From the NCBI GenBank assembly GCA_013239625.1, contig MU054026.1:744001-808000 (forward strand): DNA of 64,000 bases. The letters run 5' to 3'. Below the pieces are notes generated by a model. The model saw only the letters and a list, made by a program, of their open reading frames with translations. It had not been told where the DNA came from and did no database searches. Source of the stretch: Lama guanicoe (lineage: Eukaryota). Positions 11,967-25,882 of the stretch are shown in pieces (the first letter of the stretch is position 1; every line of letters begins with the position of its first letter). The position numbers and the translations under genes were made by a program.

Positions 11967-13149
11967 TCTGGAGGATCATTTCTACAATATAATTTCAAAG
12001 ATTCCAGGAAATCTCAGAGATTCTCTTTGCCCCCCTTTCTAATCCTCTAGCTCTACTTTGCCTATTTCCTGTATATTTGGGAGAATACTTAAAAACATGC
12101 TCTTTTCATCTGTACTTTTTCTTAAGGATTACATGAAAATACACATGCCTTTACAATGACACGTGCTTTGCACTATCCTCTTCTATACCTCACTGAAGAG
12201 AAATAATGAAATTAAAAACTGGATAGAAAGAAAATCAAACAATCCCACCACTCTACATGAACCTGCTACTCAAGCTTGTGTTCCTTGTTTGCAAAAATCT
12301 GCATTTAACTAGTAAACACACGGACCACACCTCTAGAGAGTCTAACTCAATAGGTCTATATATTTGAAGTATGTACAGAATAAACCAGTCAACCTAATGA
12401 AGAAGAAGCTTTCCAATGGATTTTGATTGGCAGGGTCCTTGCTAAGTTATAGGGTATTTTTGTGGAATTCGAGAAGGGTACACCCCACTCCCTCCCCAGG
12501 GCAGATCCAACCTTCTGCCAAGATGCAGGGCTGGGTGAATGCAGTATTGAGTGGATTTCAAACCCCACCCACCTCCTCGACTGGGTACCTTTGTACAGTG
12601 CACTCACTATACAACCAAGGGTATCAGCCCTACTCATGGATCTGCTTACATGGGGCCACAAATACTAAGAGTTCTCCAATATAAAGATCTCCTATGTCTT
12701 TCTAAATATCAGCCACAGCCCTGGGATTAAATTCTCATTAGCAGTGGAAATTTTAGAATGCCTTTTTCTGTGTCACTCTGCACATCTCCCCTAATCCCTT
12801 TGTTTTTCCTCATAGACTGTCTCTTCTCGTGCAGTAAGTTCTCTGCCTACTCCAACTTCTAGTCTATAGCCCGTGGTCTCCTTGGACACATCACCTGGGA
12901 ATGCTCTCTCACTCCTGGCAGCCATTGATCCTGAGATTAACCTCTCTCAAGAGATAAAGAGGAATTCATTGGCCTTATTTAAATGGACTTGCAAAGTCAA
13001 CTTCCCACATTTTGTTTAATTTGTAGGACAGCATCAAATGGACTTGCAACATTGCGTTGTCCCATTACTCTGTCAAGTGCATGCAAGCTCAGCAGGAATT
13101 GTGCTCTAGGTGATTTACTGACACTTTCAGGACAAAACAAAAGGAGAGC

Positions 13150-13240
13150 AGGCACTTCTGCCCGTTTCGGAAGTGATCCGCTGCTGTGTCTGAGGAAGAT
13201 AAAGTTGCCTGGGCATCAAACAGGCAGTTAAACCATTAGG
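13150..13240. promoter_or_regulatory. Candidate enhancer motif cluster (ETS, PU.1-like, GATA, MYB-like)
   Basis: CGGAAGTG 13168-13175, GAGGAA overlapping AGATAA 13192-13202, CAGTTA 13225-13230, in apparently non-repetitive sequence with retained CpGs. Confidence 0.3.
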
Positions 13241-14637
13241 TCATGGAACAGCTTTAGATGGATATTAGAATTACCTTCTGTTTGCAAGAAAATGTTCACA
13301 TTTGCTTCTAATAAATCTGACCTTCTCTGTGAGAGAATGAGGAGCATATGGAGACCTGTGTCATGTCATAATATTTGCTTGAGTGTTTCCAAGTCTATCC
13401 ATATCCATATCTCCTATCGTGGCCTGAAATTCTGTCTTTACTATTAATTCCTGAACCATAAACAACCCCTAGATAATTTTCCACATGAGAAAACTAAAGT
13501 TCAGAAGAGTCAAACTGCCAAGGACCACACAACTATTTATCCACAAAACCAAGGTAGAACTCTTGAATTCTAGATTTACGGGTTTTTATTATGTCATGCT
13601 GCTTTTGGGTTAATCACTGCTCTTGCCAGGATTCTATGTCACAATCAAATAATTTCAGGAGAGACTGCAGAGTGTGTTCTTAACACTTCAGTACGGATGA
13701 GTTATAGCTGCAAGGCAGTAGAAAGAAGAGTAAGATATTAATGGATCCTACAAAGTGGAGAAAAATAGAAAATGGAAAAGGAAAAGGAAGGTTGAGGAAA
13801 GACGGGTTAAAAGAAAAGCCTAAAATGACAGCGGGAAGTTTTGGCCAGTTTAATTTTCAAGTTTGCCTTGGGCCAGGATGGTTTTGTGACATGCAAAGCA
13901 TTGCTCATCTGACTGCTTCCCAGAGCAGTGTATTATCACTGTGTTTATTGTGTGTGAAGTTCTCTGTCACCAGTTCATCTTATTCCTCTTCCTTTTATTC
14001 TGAAGAAGGCAGAAAGCTGTGCTATCATCCAAGTAGGCAGCGCCATCCGCGAAAGTGTTCTGCCCCCGTGAGTAGGGGATTGGTGCTCTATTGAAAAGAA
14101 TTCTGAATCAGAAGAGACCGTCACCAATCAACCATCACCCATCACAAGAAGAAATTCTTTAGTTCTCCGACTTCCCACTACCTTTTCTAACCTGCCACTG
14201 CCATCTCCATATAACTGAAGGAAGTCAAGCATGAAATGATGCTCTGTTTAGTTTAATGGTTAACAGACAGCTTCAACAGCTGCATTCAGTACATCAGCTT
14301 CATGCTGGGAAACTTGATAATTATGCAATACGGTGAAAAAAAGATTTGGTGTCTAACACTGTAAGGCCGAGGCATCCTTGACCCTCTTTTTCTCGTCCCT
14401 GTCACAAAATATATTGGCAAGTGATGTTTCACAATAGTGCTTTTCTAGCTTTTGCTTACACAAAGCAAGTAGCTCATGGGCCTACGGAATTCAAAAAGAA
14501 AGTTAAAACTGCAAAATTTTCAATAGGTTTTGAGAAGATCTTAGCAGTCCTCTAGTCCGTGTCCTTTTATTTGTCAGGTAGATAAATCACACTCAGAAAA
14601 GTTGAGTGACTTCAATAAATCAGTTAATGGTGCATAG

Positions 14638-14790
14638 CCTCTTCTTTTCTCTCCTCCCCTCACTTCATCCTTCCCTGTCTGCTTCCCTTTCTCCCTTCTT
14701 CTACCCTTTTTCTTATTTTTCCTCCTTCCCACCCTTCTCTCCTTCCTCCCTGCTTTTTCTCCTTCCTTCCTTCCCTGTCCCCTTCCTGTG
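14638..14790. repeat. Pyrimidine-rich low-complexity tract
   Basis: Almost entirely C/T (cttc/cctt-like units). Confidence 0.85.
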
Positions 14791-15229
14791 CATCTTCCTA
14801 ATGACACAAGGTGATTTCTGGTACCTCTCTCTTTCAATCCCATACTTGTAAAAATAATTTTTATTCAATATGTAGGGCTGCCCATCGCCATACTCACACA
14901 GTGAGTGTTTTCTTGATAAACAAAAAGTCCTTCTCCTGGAAAAAATAAGAAAAGAAAAGTAATAAGTAATGTCTGATCTCCTCTCTCTTTCTTCTTATTA
15001 TGTTTCCTATCCCCAATAATCCTAACCTTCAGAGCCCTCAGTGCAACATAACTCTATTTCAATATTCACTAATTTACTAGATGAAGAGATAGTTTTATCT
15101 AAAATTATATTAAAACCTTATCTTTCATCTCATGGGATTAAGGATTAAATACTCTAAGAAAGGTCATAGTAATTATTGTTCATTTTGATTAAAACATGAA
15201 GTATCTTGCAAACCTGGATAATTACACAT

Positions 15230-15455
15230 ATTTTTCAGGGTTGTCTCACATTATCGTCTCATGTGAGCCTTGCAACTACCCTCTGTAGTAATAAAAATGT
15301 ATCTTTATCTCAATTTTATTGTTGGGAAAATGAATTTCTGAGATTTTATATGACTTGGTCAAGGTCACATGGTTCATTAGTATTAGAGCCAAAGCTAAAA
15401 AAAACCCCACAAAACAGATTTTCTAACACCCAGTTCTGTGTTCTTCCTACTATAC
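15230..15455 (-). mobile_element. MIR SINE fragment
   Basis: caattttattgttgggaaaatgaatttctgagattttatatgacttggtcaaggtcacatgg resembles the MIR core. Confidence 0.6.
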
Positions 15456-16394
15456 CAAATCATTTCCACTCGAGAGTAAGTACTGTCTGGATGTCACGCG
15501 ATGGGCCAGAGAAACTAGACTGAGGAAGAATAGTAGGGACTTGGGAAAGCAGAGCAGATGACAACAGGGGAGGTAAAATGGGCATCTTTTCCTGAAGGTC
15601 CATGTGGGGATAGTAGTTGGGGTGCCAAAGTGGCAGAAAAACAGACTCCTCATTCTCAGGAAACTGCAGGCTGACTCAGTCTGGAAAGCTGAGTTCTAGG
15701 TCTGAGGTAAGCACCAAGGACAGTTCCCAAACAAGCTAAGAACTGCGGCAAGGGTCACACAGGATGCAGAGAAACTGATCTGATAGAAAAAAAAAATAGT
15801 AACTGGAACAAATAAAATTATATAGTACTACTAAAAAATTGAATTCTTATGATTTTTGATCTTAAAGAATCTATCCAAATAACTATGTTCGTTTTAAATG
15901 TAAAATGTATTCTCTTCTTTTGCATTACCTGCATGCATCACTGATGTGAGTGCAATCACTCTCAAGAGTGCATGAAGGCCGATCTCCTGATATCCTTGCA
16001 TTATACATTACCAGACCCTTCTCATTCTAGGGCTCTGTGTCAGGAACTGTATGTGGAGCAAGATACACTAGCTTGGGACCTAATAAATATATACTTGATT
16101 TTGCATTAGTACCTTACAGGCAAACATTTTGTGAATGTAAAATTTGCTCCAAGAACAATGTCGTGTCATATTACTGTTTAAAATGCTGATGATATTTCAC
16201 TTCCCTTGGAGGGTCCATTTAACAAGATGACCTAAAGGGTGTGGTTTGAGTTTACATTGTCTTGAGCTATATAAGTTTATGTAACTTTTGTTGAACATAA
16301 AGTAATTTCTTTTTTCAAAAGTTGCTGTCCCTTCTAAAGTAATTATCATGGGAGATTGTAAACAAATCTAAACAATATTCCAATTTTGGGAACT

Positions 16395-16560
16395 TTTTTT
16401 GTTTAATTTTTATTTTGAAGTAATTATAGATTCACAGAGATATTGCAGAGAAATGTATGGGAAGTCTCATGTAACCTTCACCCAGCCTCCCCAGCACTAA
16501 TACTTAATACAATAACCCAACTGTACAATATCAATACCAATAAAATAATACTGATGTAAT
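16395..16560 (-). mobile_element. Old L1 (L1MC-like) 3'-end fragment
   Basis: ttttattttgaagtaattatagattcacagagatattgcag...catgtaaccttcacccagcctcccca. Confidence 0.65.
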
Positions 16561-18029
16561 TTTTTATGCTTTAAAAAATTTACCATAGTGCTTTACAGGA
16601 GTTTGACCCAGAGTAAATGCCTCCCCAGAATGCTTATTGATAAGTATCATGTGTACCATGGGATTATGATTATGAAAATGAAACATAGAAATAGTCCATC
16701 CAAGTGACCGTGGAAACTCTAGGAGATTCTACTGATTCTTGTTCATCTCCTTTGATGTAAGTCAGGGACATAGTTTCTGGTCCAAGCCTTTTCATTAATT
16801 AACTGTATAGCTTTAGGCAAATATCGTAATCACTTGGTTTCCTCATCTAAAAGATTGGATTACACGACCTGTGAGTTTCCTGCCAGCTATGTCAGCTTAT
16901 GTTTCTATTAGCTACAGAATGCCAAGTCCAGCATCAGATTCTCTTAGGGAAGGTGTGATATTTAAAAGATAAAGTTAAATTATGAGTAATAAGGGACATT
17001 TGCAAACTTCAATCCTGGTGGGCAGAATAAAATCCCCAAATAAATGGCTAATTGTATATATCTATCTTCAATTGGGACTTTGGGAAAGAGCATTGCTAAA
17101 CAAAAAGTTTGGATGAGACAAGTGGCCAAGAAATAAGGGGCAGAGGAGGGCAGAGAAAAGCAAATTGAATGAGAGTGAGAGAGTGGTGAGAGGGTTACAA
17201 ATATTCAGAAGAACTATTCAAACAAATAACACAGACATAACTTCAAACAATCATGGGAGGATTCAAGTAAATTTAAATAAAGATAAACATAATGGGGAGA
17301 ACCACTTTTGTGAAAGTTTGTACACATTTTGGTTTAAGACATAATCGAGAATGGACACCTGAGAATGGAATATAACTTAGATGTCAGAAAAGGTCACCAT
17401 ACTCAATGAGAATGCAAAACAACCAGCCCAGTTCACCCCACCATTTTATGGGATGTCACATGTCCCTTCTAAGACTTTCGTAAAATCCCAGGGTCTTGCA
17501 GCTTCCTAACCGTTTCTGGTCTCAAGTCTTCCCTCCATCTAGGTTTGAACCTCATTATAACTTCCCTCTCCTCGTGAATCTCTTTCCTGTGCTCTATGCT
17601 GACCCAACACTTAACTCAGTATCTTGATGTGACTGTCCATCAATGCCACTCTATGAAATATCCGTGAATGTGCAAAGTATTCGGGATAACGTAGGATGTT
17701 TCCAGCAGCAAAAACAACCTGTAGTTGAATCTTGAACACCTTGTTGTGATGTTTTTTGGCCACGTTACAATTTGGAATTCTTTTCTGGTCTCTTTAATTA
17801 TAAATTGAGCCCTCTCACTTAGGCAAGACCTCTCATTACTCAATTCCCCTTCTTCTAACTAGCTCCACTAAGGGTGTGCTCTGCCTTTAACAAGGATGCA
17901 GATGGTACCCTTTATGAAGTCTATAGTCAGGTTTCTCAATATCTAAAAAGGCCTAGTGCTGTGTTGAGAGAAGTTGATCAATATGAGATGAGTTGAGTAA
18001 ACAAAATAATATCCCAGCTCTCAGGTCAA

Positions 18030-18135
18030 CTTACTATGAGCATCATTTCATGATGTACACAAGTGAAATCATGTTGTACCCCTTAAACTTAGTGCTGTGT
18101 GTCAATTACAGCTCAATAAAAGTGGAAGAAAAAAT
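18030..18135 (+). mobile_element. Short L1 3'-terminal fragment
   Basis: atcatgttgtaccccttaaacttagtgctgtgtgtcaattacagctcaataaaagtggaagaaaaaa, with poly(A) signal and A-tail. Confidence 0.75.
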
Positions 18136-19741
18136 TAAAGGAAAAAGACCTTAGGTCAAAGTGCTGAAGTGCTTTTTCGTCCTTTAAAAAAAAGGCTCTG
18201 TGTCAGGAATGGCACTGACAACAGAAATACATATGTGAAACTGTCTACCATCATCACTAAATTTTTGTTTATTCCTTTAAGATGGGCTTGTAATGTGTTA
18301 TTTCTTAAAACATAGAACATAACTGAATAGCCCATTAGTCTGAATCTCTACATCCCAATCTGCAAATTTTCTGGGAGTTGTAGGACTGCTGGGCTGGTTA
18401 AATGAGAAATGTGAGAATCTGCATGCAGAATGATTCCTAGGACCACACTCAGCCAGAAGGAAGAGTTTGGAGAAATAACATGACCAAGGACTCTGGTTAA
18501 AAATCATCACAAAGGAGGTGAATATGCTGAAGCTAGGAAAGGGAGAAGGGTAAGACCAAGCAGGGGAGGACAGGCATCCAGGAGGATGAGAGGTTTAAGT
18601 GCTGCCCTCCCAGGGTGGGGTCACAAGTTTGGGGCCAGGGCAATGATGGAACAAAGTTGGCAGGAATCAGAGAGAGTGGAGGGTGAGAGGTGCGGGGAGG
18701 AAGTGAAAAGTGGGGGACAGTGGGAGGGTGCTGGGGGGGTGGATATTATTCTTAATGAGAATATAATTACCATCTGGGTGTTCCTAGCACCCTCTTTCTC
18801 AAAATGAATTTGGGATCTCTATCTGCCTATGCTTCTCATAGCATCCCCCCAAATGTTGCCAACATGTCTTCCTTGCTCCACTTACCTAACCAAGGACAGT
18901 TCTCTAAATCCAAATGTGCCAGACTGAATCTTTTGACTTTGGAGATAACTTTTTTAGAAGAGAAGGGTAAGTTTGAGGGAAGAAATGGAAGGGAAAGATA
19001 AGATTTAAGGAAAGACTTGATCAATATAGTGAAGAATGAAAAAGAAAGAGGAGGTAATTTAGCAAGTTGCATGTGGAAGAAGCCTTTAGTTTTGGATTTT
19101 GTTTTCTTTAGCATTTAATTTGTATTCTTTCCAGGAGGTTTGAAGAAGTATTGATTGGAGCACCAGTTGCAAAATGTAAGGAAAGTAGACTTAAGCATCC
19201 ACAGAATGTTATTAACTGCTGCCCATGGACTATATATTTAAGCCACCTTTTTTGCTGCTTAGGAAATAAAAGCCAAACTTTTGAGTTATTTTGATATGCC
19301 TTTATTTGTTGGATTGTGTTTCTTGGTTCAAGAGGAGGTGTAACCATAGGTCTCAGCTCTATCCAAAACTGCATTTGGAGCAGAGAAAGTGGATAGTCAG
19401 ATCTTGGTACATGCCATGTAGTTTGTTCAGTTGGAAAGACTGAAAAGGGGTAAATGATTCTGGAGAGCTTCTTTAGTTTGATGACGAAGTGAATAAAAAA
19501 CATACAAGAGCTTTAGGCTACCATAATTTTATCTACAAAAGCCATGAGTCTCAAGTAAAAACAGAACTTGGAATAAGACAGCTGGACTGCTTGTCTTTTA
19601 ACACTCTTGGAATTGCTAGTATCCTTTAGCTCTGATGTTGATACCTGTGGTCTTAACATTGCAAGAAACATGAAGGGTAAGAAATGTGAGTGGCATACCT
19701 GTGCTGTTTCTCATGGAGCTGGGACAACACTTTCACTTGGC

Positions 19742-19806
19742 AGAGAGGGAGAGAGATACAGAGACAGAGAGACAGAGACAGAGACAGAGAGACAGAGAAA
19801 GAGAGT
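19742..19806. repeat. (GAGACA)n-like simple repeat
   Basis: gagacagagagacagagacagagacagagagacagagaaa read directly from the sequence. Confidence 0.85.
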
Positions 19807-22124
19807 GAGCAGAGCTAAACTAATCAAAATGATTGATATTGACTCAAGATAAGGTTTCGTATTCTAATCGATGTTCTTTGAATATGTTTACTTTCATGCC
19901 ATAATTGTTCATGTCTTATAAAGAAGGTATGTATTTCAAAATTATAATCATCTTTATATATTTGCTTAGTTTTATACAATATTAAGTTATATACTTTTAC
20001 CAGTTGTTCTCCAAAATTACTTTCCATATATGAGAAAGTCAAAATCATAAGATTTAAGCTATTGTAAATGATAAAAAAACCCCACCATTTTGCAGCTTTA
20101 ACTGGGATTTGAAAAGAATCTCATAGGTAAACTACCAATCTCTAAGGGGCAATTGTCTCCAAAGTGTGTTGATTTACCTCATGTCAGTTGTTGTTTCATC
20201 TAATGGACATTGCATTTGCCATATAATTTTTTTTACCACCTCTCTTGGCTTTTCTTCTTATCATTTTTTAGCATTGCTATGGAATATATATACATAAAAC
20301 ATCATTTTCATGTCACATTTCTTTTGACAAATATTTAATGAGTCTTCATCACTGCCTATAGGATAAAGTTCTAATCCATTACTTTGTTTTATAAAACTCT
20401 ACAGAATGTTATTCCACTTTAAATACCATCTTTTAATAGTCTTATTAATAAGGTTGATATGAGCCCAGCAAGAAAAACTGACCTGAAGATGTTTCCGATT
20501 ATCTGCCTTCCCACAGACTGTAAAGAGGTAGGACCATGTTCATCTCATTCATTGTTATATTCCAGGCCCCCCCACAGTTCCTGTGTTATAGCATATGAAT
20601 AAGCACAATTTGAAAATTGAGGCTATTGAAATGTGAAGTTTTTTTTCTTTTTAAGAAGCATCAAAGGGCAAAGTGATAAAGGCAAATGATAGCACCCAAA
20701 CTATTTTTCATTGTATCTGAGTGGAGCATATGATTATGAATAAGGAGCTGTAACCAAGAAGACTGGACCAAGAAGTCTCCACCCTTACTCTCAAACCAAA
20801 ATGGGCCTGATGTTTCTTCTAGGTTGTTTGGATCACTCTCGTGCTATGACTAGAGATTCCAATTTCATTCCCCTGCTTATTTTGTTTTTTCCAGTTTTTG
20901 CTATTTATTTTCTTCTATCTTTCTGAATTGTATCATTCAAAACCATTTTCAGTTTTAGTTTTTACTAAAAACCTCCTCTGGCATAGTTATTTTCCACCTC
21001 TCAACCTTAAATAGCTGTGCCAATACTGATTTTATTGTTAGCATTATTATTATTCCCAATTTGATCGTAAACTCTTCCAGGGCAGGAATAGTGTTTTATT
21101 TACTTTAGGTCCTCTTTCACATTACCACATGTGTGATCAAAGCACATGATCGGTCCTCAAAAAGCAAGCAGCTTACTAGACTGGTCAGTTTTCCTGGGAG
21201 AAAATATTACTATTTGGTATGAGCAATAGTTATTTTAGAAATAAAGAATGCATAGATGAAAAAGTAACCATCTCTTTAAAGATAATTATGAATTTTCATA
21301 TTAATGAAACGATTTGTTAATTTAGTCTCTGCCTTATTTCAATAGGATGTAAGGTAAATAAAAAAGTCTGGTAAAGTCTAAAGTATTTTGGACTCTGATT
21401 GAAATATTTGCTTCAGAGTCCAGGATTTGTGAGTGTAGGCAAACACTCTGGGCTTCAGTTCTCTCATTTGCAAAATAAAAGGCCTGAATCACAGAATTTT
21501 GAATCTCCTCTGGCTAGAACAATTCTGTGAACGTCTATGTGTTGTGCAAAGAAAGAGCTTCACACCTTTTAACAGGATATGTATGCTTTTTTTGTTTTGT
21601 TTTGTTTTTTCACCAAGAAGGTCAATATTTATCCATGGAAAGTTAAAAAAAAAAAAGATCTACTGATAGTAGAATACTTTTGTCCAAAATTTCAATGTAT
21701 TTATAATAATAGATATTTTCATTGTTTTATAGAGCTGTTGTAAATAATAGATTTGGGAAACACTGAGTTATGTAAAAAAAAAAAAATCCCTATTTCCTGC
21801 AGTAGAAAGCCTGCAGCACAATTTGAAAAAAAAAAATCAGTCACCAGAACTCCAATATTATCCTGTGTTTGTACCTTGAATTGAATTTTACTTTAGTGCT
21901 CCAGTGAGTTCTACAAAAACACACTATGCTTGGCTAACCTCTGGACACATAGTCACACCGATTTAATGTGGAGGAGTTTACAAACGCTACTTTGCAAAGT
22001 GGGTTGAGGGAAAAACTTTCAGGAAGACAAGGCACAGCTAACTGCATCCTTGAAGACTCATTACCACTCAGATCTTTGAAGCTTTTAAATATACAAATGC
22101 ATTAAGCATAAATTAACTACCTTA

Positions 22125-22485
22125 AGGCTGCATAATGGACACTGGGTAAAGGACTTCACCTTTATGTCTTTGGTTTGACTCTAGCTCCAGTTTAAGGCTG
22201 ACTGAAAGCCATTATCCTTTGTCAACTGTTCAGTGACGTATGAAATGAGTTATTGGTCTTAGTTAAGTTCCCAGTGTAGTCAAAATACACCTTCACAATT
22301 GATGATCATTGGGAGCTGCTGAAAGTTGAGAATGAGGGTCAGAGATTGAATCAGTCATGAAAATTGAATTACTGTCTCTCTGGTCCACTTTCTAAACATT
22401 CCTTGAGACTTAGAATTTTGTCCTTCTCTAGAAGAGAATGACTTAAGTCGCCAGGTTGGTGATTAGACATCTTTCATTAGCATAA
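22125..22485 (+). mobile_element. LF-SINE (LFSINE_Vert)-like ancient SINE relic, near full length
   Basis: Ordered blocks resembling the recalled LF-SINE consensus: ttcacctttatgtctttggtttgactctagc (tRNA B-box region), tgactgaaagccattatcc, ctgttcagtgacgtatgaaatgagttattggtcttagttaagttcccagtg, caccttcacaattg, gattgaatcagtcatgaaaattgaattac, gacttaagtcgccagg...catctttcattagca. Confidence 0.8.
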
Positions 22486-24605
22486 CATGATGGAGACAAT
22501 TTATGGCTTTTTCTTCTAGCTAGGGCAGCACAATTGTCTCCAATTTCTTTCTTCACATAAAGAAATATCTGATGGCTTAGTCATTTCCAAGATAGGTTTT
22601 GTGTTTTGTTTTAAATCACATAAAGTACAGAAAAAGCACTGAGATTCCATGCCTTTCTTATTATTGTTTGTATAGGGGCAAGAACGCGTTGTAGTTATTG
22701 TTATTTCTGTCTAGAAATAATATGGTTTAGTAGAAAGCATTCTTGTCATGTTAAGATTTTTGCTTCTTGGGTTTTGATTCTTGCTCTGCATCCATCTGTA
22801 AAACGTTGAATAAAGTCTGAGGCTTCAGTTTCTCAACATGTAAAGGACAATAACAGGATTTCTTAACTCAAACTTTCTTCTAACTTTATTAGATTCTAAG
22901 ACATTTCCTAAAAGGCTTTGGATAATCTTGGGACTCTTAGGAAGCCTGAGGCTTTTCTCTTGGAAAGGGATTAGAATTTTAATCAGTGACAGTTACCTGG
23001 AAGGTAGCTTCCTTTGAAAGTCACTAGCTGAGGAACAAAAATGTTATGTTTAAGAGAGTGGCCAAGACGGTGGAGTAAAAGGAGGCTCTTAGCTCAGCCT
23101 CTCCCATGAATACACCAAGAGAGACATCCACGGGCCCACCCATTCACTCAGAATGCTTGCTGAACTTTGACAGAACATTGCCTTCTTCAACAGACAAAAT
23201 TCATCACAAATCTGGTAGGAGAAAAAAAATAGGAAAAAGGAAATTAGTGTGGGACCTGTCCTGCTAGGAATGACTGTCAAATGAGGAACAGCACTCTTAC
23301 TTACTCTGGGACTCAGCCTCCAACAGACAGATCAGCAGGGAAGGAGAGGGAGCCTGTGAGGCCTGGATCTGTGCACAGCAGCTCTCGGCTGACAGAACTA
23401 AGTAAATGGGCACAAAGTGTCCTTGTGACCCACAGCCCTAGATGCAGACCAGTTGAGGGTGGGCCAGGACTGGCTGCCCAAGCTGGGTGGAGGACTAGGG
23501 ACAACTACACAGAGGCAACCTCAGGGGACTGGAGTGTGCTATGAACCATGGCTGGGAGTGTAGACAGAACAGAATAGCCTGGGTCCCACGTGAAAAAAAA
23601 AAGAAAGTAAGAAAGACAGCAACACTGCTGGTGCATATCAGGGGAGGGGTCCTTTGTCTCCATAGACCTGTGGCACCATCACTGACACATTCTCAGGAAA
23701 AGAGAGGTGAGGCTCAGCCATAGACACCGTATTCACTGATGCATGGCTCCCCGACAGAGGTGGGGTTGAAACCTGAATCCATACCCAGGGGCTTCATAAC
23801 TTCATAGGCAGGACTGAGATTTGTTTACAGCCCCAGGCAGAGGGGACAATTTTACTCCTTTGTGGATCTGCACCTCTAAGACAAATGAGCAAGGAGCAGA
23901 GTTCTGGCACACAACAGAAGCGAGGGCTGGTGTGGCCATTTTCGGTGAGCCCACCTACCTTGCACAGACTCAGCACTAGGAATGGCACTAACCTGGTAGC
24001 ATGAACTGCTGGCCTCTGGAACAAGCAAGCAAAGTTCATGGAGCAAGACGAGTGCAGGAATAGCATCTGATATTGGGGATGGCACTGACCCGATAGCATG
24101 CTACCATCCAAGTGTGCAACCCAGACATCGGCAGAACTGCACTGGTAGCTCTGAGGGCAGAAAACCTGGGGGACACCAGAGCTGCACACTGACATTCCTG
24201 TGGATAAAGTGGGACCAAGGGCAAAGTCAACAAAGAGTACTTAAAACACTGCCTACTGTGCACCACAGCCCAGAAATGGGTCTGGAAGCCTCCACTCTAA
24301 CAGAAGGGGAACACACTCTGCTCCTGACAAGGCTGTGGAAACCACAGAACAAAATGGAGACCTCGCTCAACAACTAGGGCAGGATCTAGTCACCACAACA
24401 CTGGACACACCCCAATCAAAGAAATAACAGCCAACATACATGAAAGAAAGATGTGGCAGCCATCCATACTAAAAATAGACCTCATGACAAAATTATTAGG
24501 GGTGCATGATCTACACAGAAAAGCATCCCCTTAAAAAAATCCCTTCAAGACCACAGTGGATAACTGATCCTCCATAATCCATAGTGCCAGAGAGATATAA
24601 GTAAA

Positions 24606-25483
24606 ATGAAGAAGCAGACAAACTACTTGCAATTAAAAGAACAAGAGAAATCCCCTGAAAGGACAATCAATGAAATAGACCTCCATAGTCTATGAGATCA
24701 TGACTTTAAATAGGGAGTGATCAAAGCACTGAAAAAGCTAAAAGAGACGATAAATAGAGACAGAAAATACCTTGAAAAGGAAGTTGAAACTATAAAGAGG
24801 AGCCAATTAAAAACAGAAAGCTCAATGGCAGAGGTAAGAACTGAACTAAAGGCTGTCAAAAGCAGACAAGACAATGCAGAGGAACAAATAAGTGACTTAG
24901 AAGACAGGATAACAGAAGTCACACAATCAGAAGAGCAGACAGAAAAGCAAATAAAAACCAATGAGAGGAATATAAGGGACCTATGGGATAATATAAAGCA
25001 GGCCAACCTATGCATAATATGGGTCCCAGAGGAAGAAAGAGAAAAGGGGACTGAAAGGTATTTGAAGAATCATGATTGAAAAGTTTCCAAAACTAAAGAA
25101 GGAATCAGATATCCAAGTACAGTAAGCATAGACGGTCCCCAACAAGAAGAATCCAAATAGACCTACTCTGAGATATATTATAGTTAAGATAGCCAAGGTT
25201 AAAGACAAAGAAATGATTCTAAGGGCAGAAAGAGGAAACCAAAAAGTGAGTTACAAGGGAACCCCCATAACACTTTCAGCTCATTTCTCTACACAAACAC
25301 TGCAGGCCAGAAGGGAGTGCCAAGATATATTCAAAGTCCTTAATGCAACCTAGGATACTTTATAAAACATGGCTATCCTTCAGAATAGAAGGAGAGATAA
25401 AGAATTTCACAGACAAGTGAAAAATAAAGGAATTCAACAATACGAAACCTATGCTAAAAGTAATATTGAAAGTTCTACTCTAA
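24606..25483 (+). pseudogene. L1 ORF1p, disrupted
   Basis: MKKQTNYLQLKEQEKSPE start. Coiled-coil and RRM-entry sequence AEEQISDLEDR...NIRDLWDNIKQANLCIIWVPEEEREKG. In-frame stops and frameshifts present. Confidence 0.9.
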
Positions 25484-25882
25484 ATAGAAAAGAAGCAGGA
25501 TGCTATAAAAAGGAGAAAACTGTAACTGGAAATGTGATGACTACAATGAGTTGCAACAGAATAAACAAGAAGATGTGAAAGAAGACATCAAAATCATTAA
25601 GGGTGGGAAATGGGAGCAAGAAAATATAGATTTTTTTCTTTTTTTCATTCTGTTTAGAATGTGCTTGAGCTTATATGACTATCAGTTTAAAGCAAACAGA
25701 TGTAGTAATGGGTTAATATACTTGAAAAACAGAGTAACCACAAGTCAAAAGCATATGATAGGGTCACAAAAACCAAGAAGAAACCAAGATAATACAAAAT
25801 AAAATTATCAAACTTCAAAAAGATTAAGAAAAAGATAGAAACAAAGAGGAAATACCAAATCAACTGGAAAACTAAGTTCAAA

